64,000 nucleotides of DNA, from contig OZ024746.1 in the NCBI GenBank assembly GCA_964016885.1, positions 21,080,001-21,144,000 on the forward strand, written 5' to 3'. The position numbers were made by a program, and so were the translations under genes. Each line of letters begins with the position of its first letter. Position 1 is the first letter of the stretch. Source of the stretch: Eledone cirrhosa (Eukaryota). The notes under the pieces are model-generated. The model made no database searches, was not told the DNA's origin, and worked only from the letters and a program-made list of their open reading frames with translations. Of this stretch, positions 13,958 through 28,107 are shown in pieces.

Positions 13958-14146
13958 AATAATTGTTTCTACTTTAGGCACAAGGCCAGCAATTACCCAG
14001 TACATTACTGGTACTTTATTTTATCGACCCCGTAAGGATGAAAGGCAAAGTCAACCTCGGCGGGATTTGAACTCAGATTGTAAAGGGACGTAACTATGCT
14101 GGAAAGCATGGCGTCCGACCCTCTACCGTTACTGACAATCCACCGG
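13958..14146 (-). mobile_element. SINE S1 with a 15-bp target-site duplication
   Basis: Full S1 copy; gatgtaacgaataat at 13949-13963 and 14147-14161. Confidence 0.9.
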
Positions 14147-14657
14147 GATGTAACGAATAATGTTAGCAGACAGGTAATTTAAAATTTGGGTGATTTGGTA
14201 CCGGTGATTGTTGCGAGGTTATTGATGCGAGGAAAACTTTGAAAATATATAGTGACCGCACATGTGAGGGCATAGCAAGATATAGTTGCACATTAGAGAG
14301 ATTCCAACTTGTAGTGCGTGTTATCTTTTTCAGGAATGAGGAGATGACGTGGGTGAAAGAATGAAGCTATTATAGTTTAAGGAGAATAGACTCCAGCCTG
14401 TATACATGCGCGTAGATGAAAGAAGACCGTTGATCCGGTTGATTGTCAGGGCTCAGCGACGTTTGGGATCTACAACCAATTTAAGATATTCTCGACTGAA
14501 AACATGTCGCATTTCTCCAGATCTGGAATCGATTCTACAATAAAATTGATATCATGGGATAAACGATTTAGTAGTCTGGTGTGAAGTTATCTCTCTGACA
14601 TACACAACCATATATTTCATGTACGATCATTAAATATTGTCACTCACACACACACAC

Positions 14658-14725
<68 letters not shown>

Positions 14726-14728
<3 letters not shown>

Positions 14729-14903
14729 CGAAGGAAATGTGGTAAGGAACCAGGTGGACCATAACGCACCAAAGTACTCAATACTTGAGGTAGTAGAGTG
14801 GGTAATAGGAACCAGTAAGACCCCGACAGCTGAGCTCAAGCCGTTTCGACGGCTAATTAGCCGTCGAAACGGCTTGAGCTCAGCTGTCGGGGTCTTACTG
14901 GTT

Positions 14904-14906
<3 letters not shown>
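14726..14906 (-). mobile_element. Family A palindromic mini-element
   Basis: Perfect palindrome 14805-14908 centred on ctaattag, tail on the left, (TA)n flanks. Confidence 0.85.
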
Positions 14907-14934
<28 letters not shown>

Positions 14935-14937
<3 letters not shown>

Positions 14938-15056
14938 AAAATGTTTAACCCCCTACGGGAGAGCTGAAGCTCTTTCCTATTACCCACTCTACTACCCTAA
15001 GTATTGAGTACTCTGGTGCGTTATGGTCCATCTTGTTCCTTACCACACTTCCTTCG

Positions 15057-15059
<3 letters not shown>
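14935..15059 (+). mobile_element. Family A variant
   Basis: Same 3' tail as 830-909 with a different 5' part; aggaaa...tttcct is inverted; (TA)n flanks. Confidence 0.7.
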
Positions 15060-15137
<78 letters not shown>

Positions 15138-15145
<8 letters not shown>

Positions 15146-15613
15146 TAAAAAAATAATGAATAAAACAATGAAACAGTTCCTTATATTAAACAAAAAAAGT
15201 TCATTATTTAACGATCGTTTCTGGGATATATATGTGTTAGAATTGGCATGTATATTTAACAGATCTATGTACAAAATTATACAAAATTATACAAACTATC
15301 AAAATTAAATATACATACCAACTCATATATATGCCGTCTTCATGTATATTTAAGATCTGTTAAATATACATGCCAATTCTAACACATATATATCCCAGAA
15401 ACGATCGTTAAATAATGAACTTTTTTTGTTTAATATAAGGAACTGTTTCATTGTTTTATTCATTATTTTATTAATATTTTATCTTGACTCTGTATTCCGT
15501 TTATCTTTCACCGAAAGTGATTTTTCATTGCATCTCTTCTTTCCATGATATCCGGATTACATTGAGTTCTTCATACGGATTGGACACTACCGTAAACTCT
15601 TGGTAGATTTATC

Positions 15614-15617
<4 letters not shown>
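15138..15617 (+). mobile_element. Non-coding inverted two-arm derivative of PLE G
   Basis: Left arm 15138-15342 (-) and right arm 15353-15617 (+) both match the termini of 19688-25611. The junction lies in the HHR core/stem II; (TA)n flanks. Confidence 0.9.
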
Positions 15618-15692
<75 letters not shown>

Positions 15693-15708
15693 TATATATA
15701 TATAATAT

Positions 15709-15744
<36 letters not shown>

Positions 15745-16120
15745 CACAACAAACACAAATGTATACACATACGCACGCACACACACATATATACATATAT
15801 ATATGCGTGTGTGTATGCGTGTATGCGTGTCTATGTGTGTGTTTGTGTATATTTGTGTTGATATGTTTGTGAGTATAAAGCGAAAAATGAAGTAGTATGC
15901 TGTAACATAAGTATAAGATACATCCATATATCAGCCAAGGCCTAGTTTTGTTTACGCTTTTTCAACTGTGATATTAACCAAACGTACTTCAAATTTTCGT
16001 TTCATTGAGTTCTGTTGATACTTAAACGCAGAAATTGTTTTCAGAACTAGTGTCTGACAATTTTATTTTTGGGAAAAAACTTTTGAAAAAATTGATAAAC
16101 AGCAATATTTGTGTGTGTGA

Positions 16121-16183
<63 letters not shown>

Positions 16184-16338
16184 TATATATATATGTGTAG
16201 ATGTGTTTGTATATGTTTGTATATGTGTATATTTAGATATATTTATATATATATACGTTATTCCGGGTTGAATCGGAGGTAACCACAGTAAGTAAAGTAC
16301 TTAATACATAGCAGAGTATAAAAGTTTTAATATAGATG

Positions 16339-16389
16339 AGATTCTACAAGACTAGAACTGTTTCATTCTTTAGAAATCATCAGGAATCT
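16339..16389 (-). ncRNA. Type I hammerhead ribozyme (family B, left arm)
   Basis: Reverse complement of 16882-16932 with one G-U change in stem III. Confidence 0.75.
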
Positions 16390-16881
16390 GGCTATCCAAA
16401 AATAAATGTGGTATTTATAGGTCTTTTCAGGTGGTAGGAGAGGGTGGGGAGTGGGATGGGTAGAGGTCATTGGTTGATAGAAAAGGGAATTCATTAAAGG
16501 CTAATTCTTTAAAGCTATAATTTATATTTAGAGTGACAAAGGCAGAAAGAATTCTATAAACAAGTTCAGAATGGGGTGCCACTCCTTATTTATAAGTTTC
16601 TCTTAAGCTAACAATGCCTATATTTCAGGTGTCTATAAGATGGATGGGGTCGGTCCTGGTTGATGGATTTAAAGAAAAGGGAAATTCTTTAAAAGCTAAT
16701 TCTTTAAAGTTCTACTTAGAGTGACAAAGGCCAAGAGAATTCTATAGACCACTTCAAAATATTGGGTGCCTATCATATCACTATCTCTGATATGATAGGC
16801 ACCCAATCTACCTATCCCACTCCCCACCCTCTCCTACCACCTGAAAAGACCTATAAATACCACATTTATTTTTGGATAGCC

Positions 16882-16932
16882 AGATTCCTGATGATTTCTA
16901 AAGAATGAAACAGTTCTAGTCCTGTAGAATCT
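16882..16932 (+). ncRNA. Type I hammerhead ribozyme (family B)
   Basis: agattc-CTGATGA-tttctaaagaat-GAAA-cag(ttctagtc)ctg-TA-gaatct: stems I and III pair, GUA cleavage triplet. Confidence 0.8.
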
Positions 16933-16934
16933 CA

Positions 16935-16985
<51 letters not shown>

Positions 16986-17039
16986 ATGTGAATGTGTCTG
17001 TTGACACTGAAATATAGCTTAAGAGAAACATGACAATAA

Positions 17040-17494
17040 TGATATGATAGGCACCCAATATTTTGAACTGGTTTATAGAATTCTCTTGGCCCTTGTCACT
17101 CTAAGTAGAGCTTAAAAGAATTAGCTTTTAAAGAATTTCCCTTTTCTTTAAATCCATCAACCATGACCGACCCCCAACCATCTTATAGATACCTGAAATA
17201 TAGGCATTGTTAGCTTAAGAGAAACTTAAAAATTAGGAGTGGCACCTCAATTTGAACTTGTTTATAGAATTCTTTCTGACTTTGTCACTCTAAATATAAA
17301 TTATAGCCTGAAAGAATTAGCTTTTAATGAATTCCCTTTTCTTTCAACCAATGACCTCCTCCCATCCCACACCCCACCCTCTCCTACCACCAGAAAAGAT
17401 ATAAATACCACAACATTTATTTTGGACAGCCAAATACCTGATGATTTCTAAAGAATGAAACAGTTCTAGTCCTGTTGAATCTCATCTATATTAA

Positions 17495-17498
<4 letters not shown>
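17040..17498 (+). mobile_element. Family B single-arm copy with HHR at about 17432-17482
   Basis: Inverse homolog of about 16325-16780; CTGATGA...GAAAcag retained; ends in (TA)n. Confidence 0.8.
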
Positions 17499-17527
<29 letters not shown>

Positions 17528-17532
<5 letters not shown>

Positions 17533-17600
17533 TAAAATAACAGATTAAAGTTTAAGCAAAGAATCGCTGCTTTCACCCTTAACTAGATCTTCTGAAACTA
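17528..17600 (-). mobile_element. 3' terminal fragment of PLE F
   Basis: Inverse of 9919-9987; abuts (TA)n. Confidence 0.75.
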
Positions 17601-17632
17601 TATATGTTTTTGAAACAGTGAGCAGGATTGAA

Positions 17633-17948
<316 letters not shown>

Positions 17949-17952
17949 TTAA

Positions 17953-17993
<41 letters not shown>

Positions 17994-18016
17994 AACATTA
18001 TATATATATATATTTA

Positions 18017-18066
<50 letters not shown>

Positions 18067-18072
18067 AACATA

Positions 18073-18158
<86 letters not shown>

Positions 18159-18196
18159 AATAAATATATATATCTGTGTGTGTGAATAATTTGTAA

Positions 18197-18247
<51 letters not shown>

Positions 18248-18390
18248 ATTATATTATAGTTGTTTGGTGTGGAACGTTAAGTTACTTACGCTCCATAAGA
18301 CAGTATAACAACAAACGTAAAGACATGTGGCGAAAGTGCGGATAATCTTTAACATACCCTCATGTAATATATATATATATATATATATAT

Positions 18391-18594
18391 TAATAAGGTA
18401 ATGAATTCTTTTACAATGGAATCAGCTCGAATGAGGAAAAATAACCCCTGAGCAGTTTATAAATTAACATGTATGTGATGAAACACAGATACCAACACAT
18501 CTGTATATATATTGCGAAAGAAAAATTTTTTCTTTCGCAATATATATACAGATGTGTTGGTATCTGTGTTTCATCACATACATATTAATTTATA
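18391..18594 (-). mobile_element. Palindrome-plus-tail insert in (TA)n
   Basis: Palindrome 18458-18594 with a one-sided extension 18391-18457; (TA)n on both sides. Confidence 0.75.
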
Positions 18595-18679
18595 TATATA
18601 TATATATATATGATGGTAGCTACTTCGTCAATTTCTTCGATATCATTGGTGTAAAGTCTAGTAGATTTAGGCAGGCATG

Positions 18680-18900
18680 TTCGGGGGTTTGCTGTGTCAT
18701 TATTCCTGGGGATCAGAGTTGTTTTCCACATAGAGAGCCAGTCAGATATTATTTCTGTCCCCGCTAGCATCTCATAAAAATTTCTTCAAGTACACTATGT
18801 GTCCCTGTTAAATATTTCAACTAGACACTTGGCCTCTATCTCGTTATACCCTGGTGCCTTCCAGTTGCTTGTTCATTTTTCAATGTGTATGTTGTGATTT
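18680..18900 (-). pseudogene. R4/Dong-like RT N-terminal fragment
   Basis: SNWKAPG...MLAGTEIISDWLSMWKTTLIPRNNDTANP, corresponding to RT domains 0-1. Confidence 0.7.
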
Positions 18901-19019
18901 TTTGCTGCTCATAATCGCCCCATAACGCTTAAACTTTGTTTGTATCTTTGAGGCTACATATACCTCTATATTGCTACTACTAAGTTCCTGGTAGATTCAT
19001 TTGGGGAAAGAATGTACTG

Positions 19020-19692
<673 letters not shown>

Positions 19693-19877
19693 GATAAATC
19701 TACCAAGAGTTTACGGTAGTGTCCAATCCGTATGAAGAACTCAATGTATTCCGGATATCATGGAAAGAAGAGATGTAATGAAAATCCAATTTCGGTGAAA
19801 GATAAACGGTATACAGAGTCAAGATAAAATATTAAACAAATAATGAACAAACAATTCCTTATATTAAACAAAAAAAG

Positions 19878-20032
19878 TTCACTATTTAACGATCGTTTCT
19901 AGGGTATATATGTGTTATAATTGGTATGCATATTTAACAGATCTATGTACAAAATTATACAAAATTATACAAATTATCAAGATTAAATATACATACCTAA
20001 CTCATATATACGCCGTCTTCAGAAATAATGAA
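19878..20032 (-). ncRNA. Type I hammerhead with extended stem II (left arm of G)
   Basis: Inverse of 25403-25557. Confidence 0.75.
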
Positions 20033-20801
20033 GTATATTTATTGATAATAACAACAATTCAAAATATCAGTTCAAAATTGACCAATGAAAACACAAAGGG
20101 TTAAAAAGCAGTTTGGTGTGTGTATATACATGTAAAACCCTACACACATTTTACAATAATGTGTGTATAATTTGTATGTGCATACTAAAAAGATGGATGC
20201 AAATAAAAAATTTCAAGGTTAATATCTCTGTAAGCTTAATGCGCTGATAAGATACGCAATGATACTTATGGAGTCAAGCATATAAATATATTTTTTTCAT
20301 ACTCACACATATCAGTATAATCACACATACATGTGCGTATATATATAAATATACACATAACCACGAACACACAAACACACACACTCCCCCACTCACATTT
20401 ATATATGTGGATATAAAATCATAAGCAAATAGAAATTAAGTCACTCACATAAACACACTGGTACACACATTTCAAGATCAAGATACAGAAATTAGGTGGG
20501 AGGGGGGGGGGAGGGGTCAGTATTAGGTTGTCAGACCAGACAGCCTAATATAAATGTATCTATAAATTATGAAAAATAAAAAAATAAAAACAATAAAATA
20601 TATTACATATAATATAATGTACATACGCATACAGATATACATACACATACATACATGTACGCGCACATAGAGATATCTACACATACATACATACACACAT
20701 ACCTATACTGTCATACACACACATACATTTACACGAACATACACATACACATATAAAAAGATAAAAATACGGACACACACACGCGCAACACATACACTCA
20801 T

Positions 20802-20856
<55 letters not shown>

Positions 20857-20965
20857 TATACACACACACATAGACTCATATATATATACATACACATACA
20901 TATACTTATACACAAACATATATATCCCACACTCATACCACCATGAAAACACATACAAACATCCA

Positions 20966-21010
<45 letters not shown>

Positions 21011-21104
21011 ACATACACACACGTACATATATATGTATATATACATACATATATACACACATACACATATATATATATACACACACACATAAAATACAGA
21101 CATG

Positions 21105-21141
<37 letters not shown>

Positions 21142-21187
21142 CATTACTCTTATATATACACATAGTATATATACATACACAACCTCA

Positions 21188-22147
21188 CATATACCCCAAC
21201 CTCACAGTATACCCCAAAATACTAAATCTTCTAATATAAAGTATAGTAACCCTCAAAAAACTACTCATCATAAGACTATAATAAATATTAATAATAAAAC
21301 TCCTAATAAAAAAGATAAAACACCTAAATCTACAAATATAACTAAAAATAGTTGTGGTGAGATCATTAACATTATTCCTCCTAGTAAAAATCATGATACA
21401 ACATATAAAAATAATAAAAATAATAAACAACATAGAAACCGTAATAGACGAGTTACTTGGTATAATGCTCCTTTTAATTTACAAGTTAAGGATAATATTG
21501 CTAAAAAATTTTTTTATATCCTTGAGAAAAACTTCCCGCCAAAACACAAATACCATCAAATCTTAAATAGGTCTACAGTTAAATTCTCATATTCTACAAC
21601 AAATAACATAAAACAAAATATAAGTGCATATAATGCATATAAATGTAAGAAAACTATAAGTATACCACCAGTACATCAAATTAACAATAATATCTCCTCA
21701 AATACAGAATTAACGAAAGGATGTAACTGTAGAAACAAAACAAACTGCCCATTAAAAGGGAATTGTCTTGTTAACAACATAGTCTATAAATGTAATGTTA
21801 AAACTAAAGATTCTATTTGCTCATATATAGGAGCTACCTCTAACAATTTTAAGACAAGGTATAATACCCACAAACATAGCTTTAAAAATGCCGCACTGGC
21901 TAATACAACATCTCTAGCAGAAAAAATCAATAGTTATAAAAATAAAAATATAAAATATGATTTGACCTGGAGTGTGCTCAAAAGAGCCACCCCTTATCAA
22001 AATAATAGAAAGGAATGTAGATTATGTTCCCAAGAACTATTTGAAATAATGAAGTCTAGGGATATCTTATTAAATAAAAGACAGGAATTAATTATATCGT
22101 GTAATCATAAACTAAAAAAAACATTTAAATATTATAAACCTAATTAA
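21188..22147 (+). pseudogene. 5'-truncated but uninterrupted PLE ORF (linker plus GIY-YIG endonuclease, about 320 codons)
   Basis: One open frame: [14 protein letters not shown]...KNFPPKH...[10 protein letters not shown]...[25 protein letters not shown]...[21 protein letters not shown]...[10 protein letters not shown]...CRLCSQE...[16 protein letters not shown] and start codon are absent. The motifs resemble the Naiad clade (recall). Confidence 0.9.
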
Positions 22148-23987
22148 TAACATTATTCTAGAATTTAATTTAATTTAAATGTTAGTTAACCTATAAATTT
22201 AATTTAATTAATATTTTATTACAGATGAGAAAATATTATGTAATCATTAATTTTGAAAAACCTTTAAATATTACTAATATATATTCAGTAATTTAATTTA
22301 TAGATTAATTTTAACTTATTTTAACCTTTTATTATAATTTTTTAATTTAGTTTAACCTTTTATTATAATTTTTTTTATTATAATTCTTTTACAGATAAAA
22401 TATAACAAAATAATATCATGTATCCTATGACGGAGAAAGAATTTTTAGTATTATTGACCTAATTAATATACATTTTGGAAATATATTTATTATTTGGTTT
22501 TAGCTTTAATCAACCTAAAACTTTAATTTTAATTTTAATTTGCTTAAAATTAGTATCCTTGTACAGACGAATTGCAGAATTTCATGTAATCATAGAATGG
22601 GAGGTGTTTTTGGATATATACCTAGTTAATATATTCTGTGCAAATTTTTTGAAAAAGATATGTATATCTATATGTATATGTATATGTGTGTATTGTATGT
22701 GTATCTGTATGTATATTTATGTGACTATATATGTATGTATGTGTATATATATGTATATATATATATATATATATGTGTATGTATATGTATGTGTATGTGT
22801 ATGTATATGTATGTGTATGCGTATTAATTTTGATTTTTATTTGCATATAATTATATTATGCTATTGATGAAATACAATATCTGCTTTATGTATTGTATAC
22901 CTAATTAACATATACTAATTAACATATACTATTGAAATAAATATATAATTTTTAACTTAGTTAACATATAATTTATATGCTACTACCGATGTAATACTTT
23001 ATTTTATTTTTATTTGGGTTTCTTTTCCCTATTACTAAATTCATCTCCTAATATTGATACCATAACGTTATTAACTTTAATTTAGTTATAATGTAATTAA
23101 TAATCTACTACTGTTTGACTTCAAAATTCTGCTTCAAATATTATAAACCTAACTAATTTACACCTTGGAAATCAATATGTTGACTATCTTTGGTTTAGTT
23201 GACATATGATTAATGGTATACTTTTTTATTTTGTGATGCATAGATTTCGTATTTCCTAGCACTGAAAATATGTAAGAACATACATTGAATTAAGATATGG
23301 AAAATATTATAGGTTTCTTGAAACATATATTTACTTTGATCCCCTTCTCCAAACCCCCCCCTTTCCCCCATACTATTATCATCTGTTTTTGTAAGTGTAT
23401 ATGTATGAATATATGTGTAGATGGGTGTCTATATAGTTTTTTTTGGTATTTATTTCTAAATATAAAAATACATATATGAGCATGTAAATATGAATGTAAG
23501 ATTGAGTGTGTATATATGATTGTACATACATATGTATGTATATATATGTATATATATGTATTATATATGTACGTGTATGTGAATGTGTGGTATATATATG
23601 TGTATGTATATGTATATATGTGTGTGTATGTGTATGCTCGTATATAGGAATATATATGTGTGTATATATGTATATATATGTATATGCGTGTTTGTATGTA
23701 TGTGTATATGGGTTCTGTATATATTTGTATGTCTCTCTATTTATATGTTTATCTTCGTATCTATGTGATATATGTGTGTGTGTGTGCACGTATGCATATG
23801 TATGTGTTTGTGTGTGTTTGTATGTGTGTGTGTATATATATATATGTATTTGCGCACATTCACATACACATATATATGTATATATATATATATATGTGAG
23901 TGTGTATGTGTGTCTGTGTATGTGTGTGCGTGTGTGTATATGTGTATGTATATGTGTGTGTGTATGTATGTGTATGTGTGTGTATAT

Positions 23988-24027
<40 letters not shown>

Positions 24028-24166
24028 ATATAGGTGTCTATGTGTGAATATATGTCTTTATTCGTATGTGTGTATTTATATATGTTTATATTTAGGTGTA
24101 TGTATGTATGTGTATGTATGTATGTATATGTATGTATATGTATGTATGTGTATATATGTGTGTATA

Positions 24167-24199
<33 letters not shown>

Positions 24200-24293
24200 T
24201 ATTCTTTATTATTATTGTAATATAACTTATGTGTATATGTGTATAAGTGAGGTTGTGTATGTATATATACTATGTGTATATATAAGAGTAATG

Positions 24294-24330
<37 letters not shown>

Positions 24331-24424
24331 CATGTCTGTATTTTATGTGTGTGTGTATATATATATATGTGTATGTGTGTATATATGTATGTATATATAC
24401 ATATATGTGTACGTGTGTGTATGT

Positions 24425-24469
<45 letters not shown>

Positions 24470-24578
24470 TGGATGTTTGTATGTGTTTTCATGGTGGTAT
24501 GAGTGTGGGATATATATGTTTGTGTATAAGTATATGTATGTGTATGTATATATATATGAGTCTATGTGTGTGTGTATA

Positions 24579-24633
<55 letters not shown>

Positions 24634-25402
24634 ATGAGTGTATGTGTTGCGCGTGTGTGTGTCCGTATTTTTATCTTTTTATATGTGTATGTGTATGTTC
24701 GTGTAAATGTATGTGTGTGTATGACAGTATAGGTATGTGTGTATGTATGTATGTGTAGATATCTCTATGTGCGCGTACATGTATGTATGTGTATGTATAT
24801 CTGTATGCGTATGTACATTATATTATATGTAATATATTTTATTGTTTTTATTTTTTTATTTTTCATAATTTATAGATACATTTATATTAGGCTGTCTGGT
24901 CTGACAACCTAATACTGACCCCTCCCCCCCCCCTCCCACCTAATTTCTGTATCTTGATCTTGAAATGTGTGTACCAGTGTGTTTATGTGAGTGACTTAAT
25001 TTCTATTTGCTTATGATTTTATATCCACATATATAAATGTGAGTGGGGGAGTGTGTGTGTTTGTGTGTTCGTGGTTATGTGTATATTTATATATATACGC
25101 ACATGTATGTGTGATTATACTGATATGTGTGAGTATGAAAAAAATATATTTATATGCTTGACTCCATAAGTATCATTGCGTATCTTATCAGCGCATTAAG
25201 CTTACAGAGATATTAACCTTGAAATTTTTTATTTGCATCCATCTTTTTAGTATGCACATACAAATTATACACACATTATTGTAAAATGTGTGTAGGGTTT
25301 TACATGTATATACACACACCAAACTGCTTTTTAACCCTTTGTGTTTTCATTGGTCAATTTTGAACTGATATTTTGAATTGTTGTTATTATCAATAAATAT
25401 AC

Positions 25403-25557
25403 TTCATTATTTCTGAAGACGGCGTATATATGAGTTAGGTATGTATATTTAATCTTGATAATTTGTATAATTTTGTATAATTTTGTACATAGATCTGTTA
25501 AATATGCATACCAATTATAACACATATATACCCTAGAAACGATCGTTAAATAGTGAA
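25403..25557 (+). ncRNA. Type I hammerhead with extended stem II (right arm of G)
   Basis: ttcattattt-CTGAAGA-(about 115-nt hairpin)-GAAA-cgatcg-TT-aaatagtgaa: 10-bp stem I, palindromic minimal stem III, GUU triplet. Confidence 0.75.
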
Positions 25558-25602
25558 CTTTTTTTGTTTAATATAAGGAATTGTTTGTTCATTATTTGTT
25601 TA

Positions 25603-25685
<83 letters not shown>

Positions 25686-26375
25686 CAGTACATTCTTATA
25701 TACGTGGAAAAGTAAGAAATCGGAGAACAGACCGTTAAAACATTTTTTATTTAAAACACCACCTACGTACGTTTCGCCCAGTTGGGCTTGTCAAGGGCAT
25801 AAATAACCAAAAGTGTTCCTTACATTACTCGCAAAGTGTTTTGGGGTTAAGTTCACGTCATAATTCATTCTTCGCCAAAACAAAAGCGTGTTTTAATTTT
25901 GCAGTAGGTCAAGGGAGGTAACTCTGGCCGGTGTTAGGGTAGTCTTTCCCGGACAAATTTTTTATCCGTTACAAGATGTGGTTACAATTTAACCATTGTC
26001 GATGCGCACAGGGTCAGGTAATCAACGCTTATTTTGAGACTTTTTTGCCGCACCTGATCGCCTGCGTTGATTGAGGCTGGGTCTGGGATGCATGGTTAGT
26101 TTCCTGGGTGTTATTTGCAGCGCCTTCCCGCCGGGGTGTTAAAGCTTGTTGCAGGGAGACATCCTTAACCCATCTGAAGAAGGATTTTTTTAAGCGATGT
26201 GTACAACTTATCGTCGTTTCAGCTCTGCTGTTGATGAGCTCGTGCGGTGCAGTTATGATGTGGTAGAGCTCCATGAGGCAAATATCGCACTCCTCTTGAA
26301 GTTGTACGGTGCAGCCCTGCCGACAATATCCCAGTGCGTGGAGAAGCTGATGTTTAAGTCTTTTAATGATGTGAT

Positions 26376-27137
26376 AAGAACAATATAAACAATATAAAAA
26401 TAGCCTTCTCTACTACTCCTAACCTAGCAGACATCATATGAACAACGAACCACATTAAGATCACCAAGACACAGCTCCTTAGCACAGATGCATCTACACC
26501 TGACAATAACTATATCGGCCTTAACAACGCCATAGCAGCATCCAATAGTGCTGGCAATGGCCTCTACAGACGCAACCAGCATAACCGCGACATGACTGGG
26601 GAACATGCAGGACATGACGTGCGGAATAATAATCGTACCACCTCGCCCATTGTGGGTTGTAACTTGTAATGGTGCTAACGACAGGTGCGGGAGCGTAGAT
26701 AACAACTTAGATAGCAACAATGATAGCCTAACCGTGGGAAGTTGAATGAACCGCGACAGAAATTGCAACTGCCGCGACAGGGGACGCTGCTCCCTTAGAG
26801 GATACTGCTTGACCGATAGTGTTATATTTAAGTGCACTGTAGCGTTAAACATTATATAGGGGTTACCTCCGGCCCGTTTCACAAATAAGAAATTAAGACA
26901 CTCGCGGACTACATCACATCATTAAAAGACTTAAACATCAGCTTCTCCACGCACTGGGATATTGTCGGCACGGCTGAACCGTACAACTTCAAGAGGAAGT
27001 ACGATATTTGCCTCATGGAGCTCTACCACATCATAACTTCAACCCACGAGCTCATCAACAGCAGAGCTGAAACGACGATAAGTTGTACCCATCGCTTAAA
27101 AATATCCTTCTTCAGATGGGTTAAGGATGAGGAGTGA
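26376..27137 (+). pseudogene. Decayed PLE linker plus GIY-YIG endonuclease
   Basis: IKIAFSTTPNLADII...RNCNCRDRGRCSLRGYCLTDSVIFKC...YIGVTSGPF...WDIVGTAEPY...DICLMELYHI...LINSRAETTISCTHR, with frameshifts and stops. Confidence 0.85.
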
Positions 27138-27504
27138 AACCGTGTACCGGGTCTCCCTGAAACAAGCTTTAACACCCCGGCGGGCAGGCGCTGCAAAGAA
27201 ACACCCAGGAAACTAACCATGCATCCCAGACCCAGCCTCAATCGACCCAGGCGAGCAGGTGCGGCAAAAAAAGTCTCAAAATCGGCGTTGATTACCTGAC
27301 CCCGTGCATATCGACAATGGTAAGGTTGTAACCACATCTTGTAACGGATAAAAAATTTATCCGGGAAAGACTACCCTAACACCGGCCAGAGTTACCTCCC
27401 TTGACCTACTGCAAAATCAAAACACGCTTTTTTTGCGAAGAATGAATTATGACGTGAACTTAACCCGAAAAACACTTTCCGAGTAATGTAAGGAACACTT
27501 TTGG

Positions 27505-27564
27505 TTATTTATGCCCTTGACAAGCCCAACTGGGCGAAACGTACGTAGGTGCTGTTTTAAATAA
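27505..27564 (+). ncRNA. Type I hammerhead, U3-A8 core variant (inverse copy at 25747-25806)
   Basis: ttattta..gccc-TTGACAA-gccc(aact)gggc-GAAA-cgtacg-TA-ggtgc..taaataa. Confidence 0.7.
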
Positions 27565-27782
27565 AAATGTTTTAACGGTCTGTTCTCCGATTTCTTACTT
27601 TCCCACGTGCTTACGCTCTGCTAACTCTCTCGCCCACAAAATATTAACACTTCTAATATTTAATACCGCCGGCACTAGTATTGAGCACCTTTTGCATACG
27701 CTATTTGGCAAATAACTAGATGTATCACCTATCCTTCCTTTTTTTTCTCTCTCTCGATACGTAAATACTTTATTATATATAT

Positions 27783-27885
<103 letters not shown>

Positions 27886-28058
27886 AATTAATAAAAACAA
27901 TGAAATAAAAACAAAGAACAAGTTCCTTATATTAAACAATTCATCATTTTACGATCGTTTCTAGGATGTATATATGTGTTGGTAAGTATATCATATAGAT
28001 CTATGTAAAAATATCACAAATTATCAGAGGAAATATACATACCTTCATATATACATGC

Positions 28059-28060
<2 letters not shown>
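27886..28060 (-). mobile_element. Diverged G-related terminal fragment
   Basis: gttccttatattaaacaa...acgatcgtttctagg...agatctatgta matches G termini; lies between (TA)n tracts. Confidence 0.75.

Positions 28061-28106
<46 letters not shown>

Positions 28107-28107
<1 letters not shown>

Larger units (their letters stand above)
16254..16940 (-). mobile_element. Family B inverted two-arm element with two hammerheads
   Basis: About 16332-16465 is the inverse of 16807-16940. Internal duplication of about 180 bp; junction hairpin gggtgcctatcatatca...tgatatgataggcaccc; (TA)n flanks. Confidence 0.85.
25683..27775 (+). mobile_element. Penelope-like element H with inverted arms
   Basis: 25702-26375 is the inverse of 26913-27608. 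Right-only tail 27609-27775, GIY-YIG remnant, HHRs, (TA)n flanks. Confidence 0.9.

Noticed and set aside
21188-22147. Selenocysteine recoding as reported for some Naiad PLEs
   Set aside because: No in-frame TGA in G; the TGA codons in H are not at Cys positions and accompany frameshifts.
22210-22275. CAGATGA...GAAA in the G 3' UTR
   Set aside because: Mutated core and offset stem I in extremely AT-rich sequence; chance is plausible.
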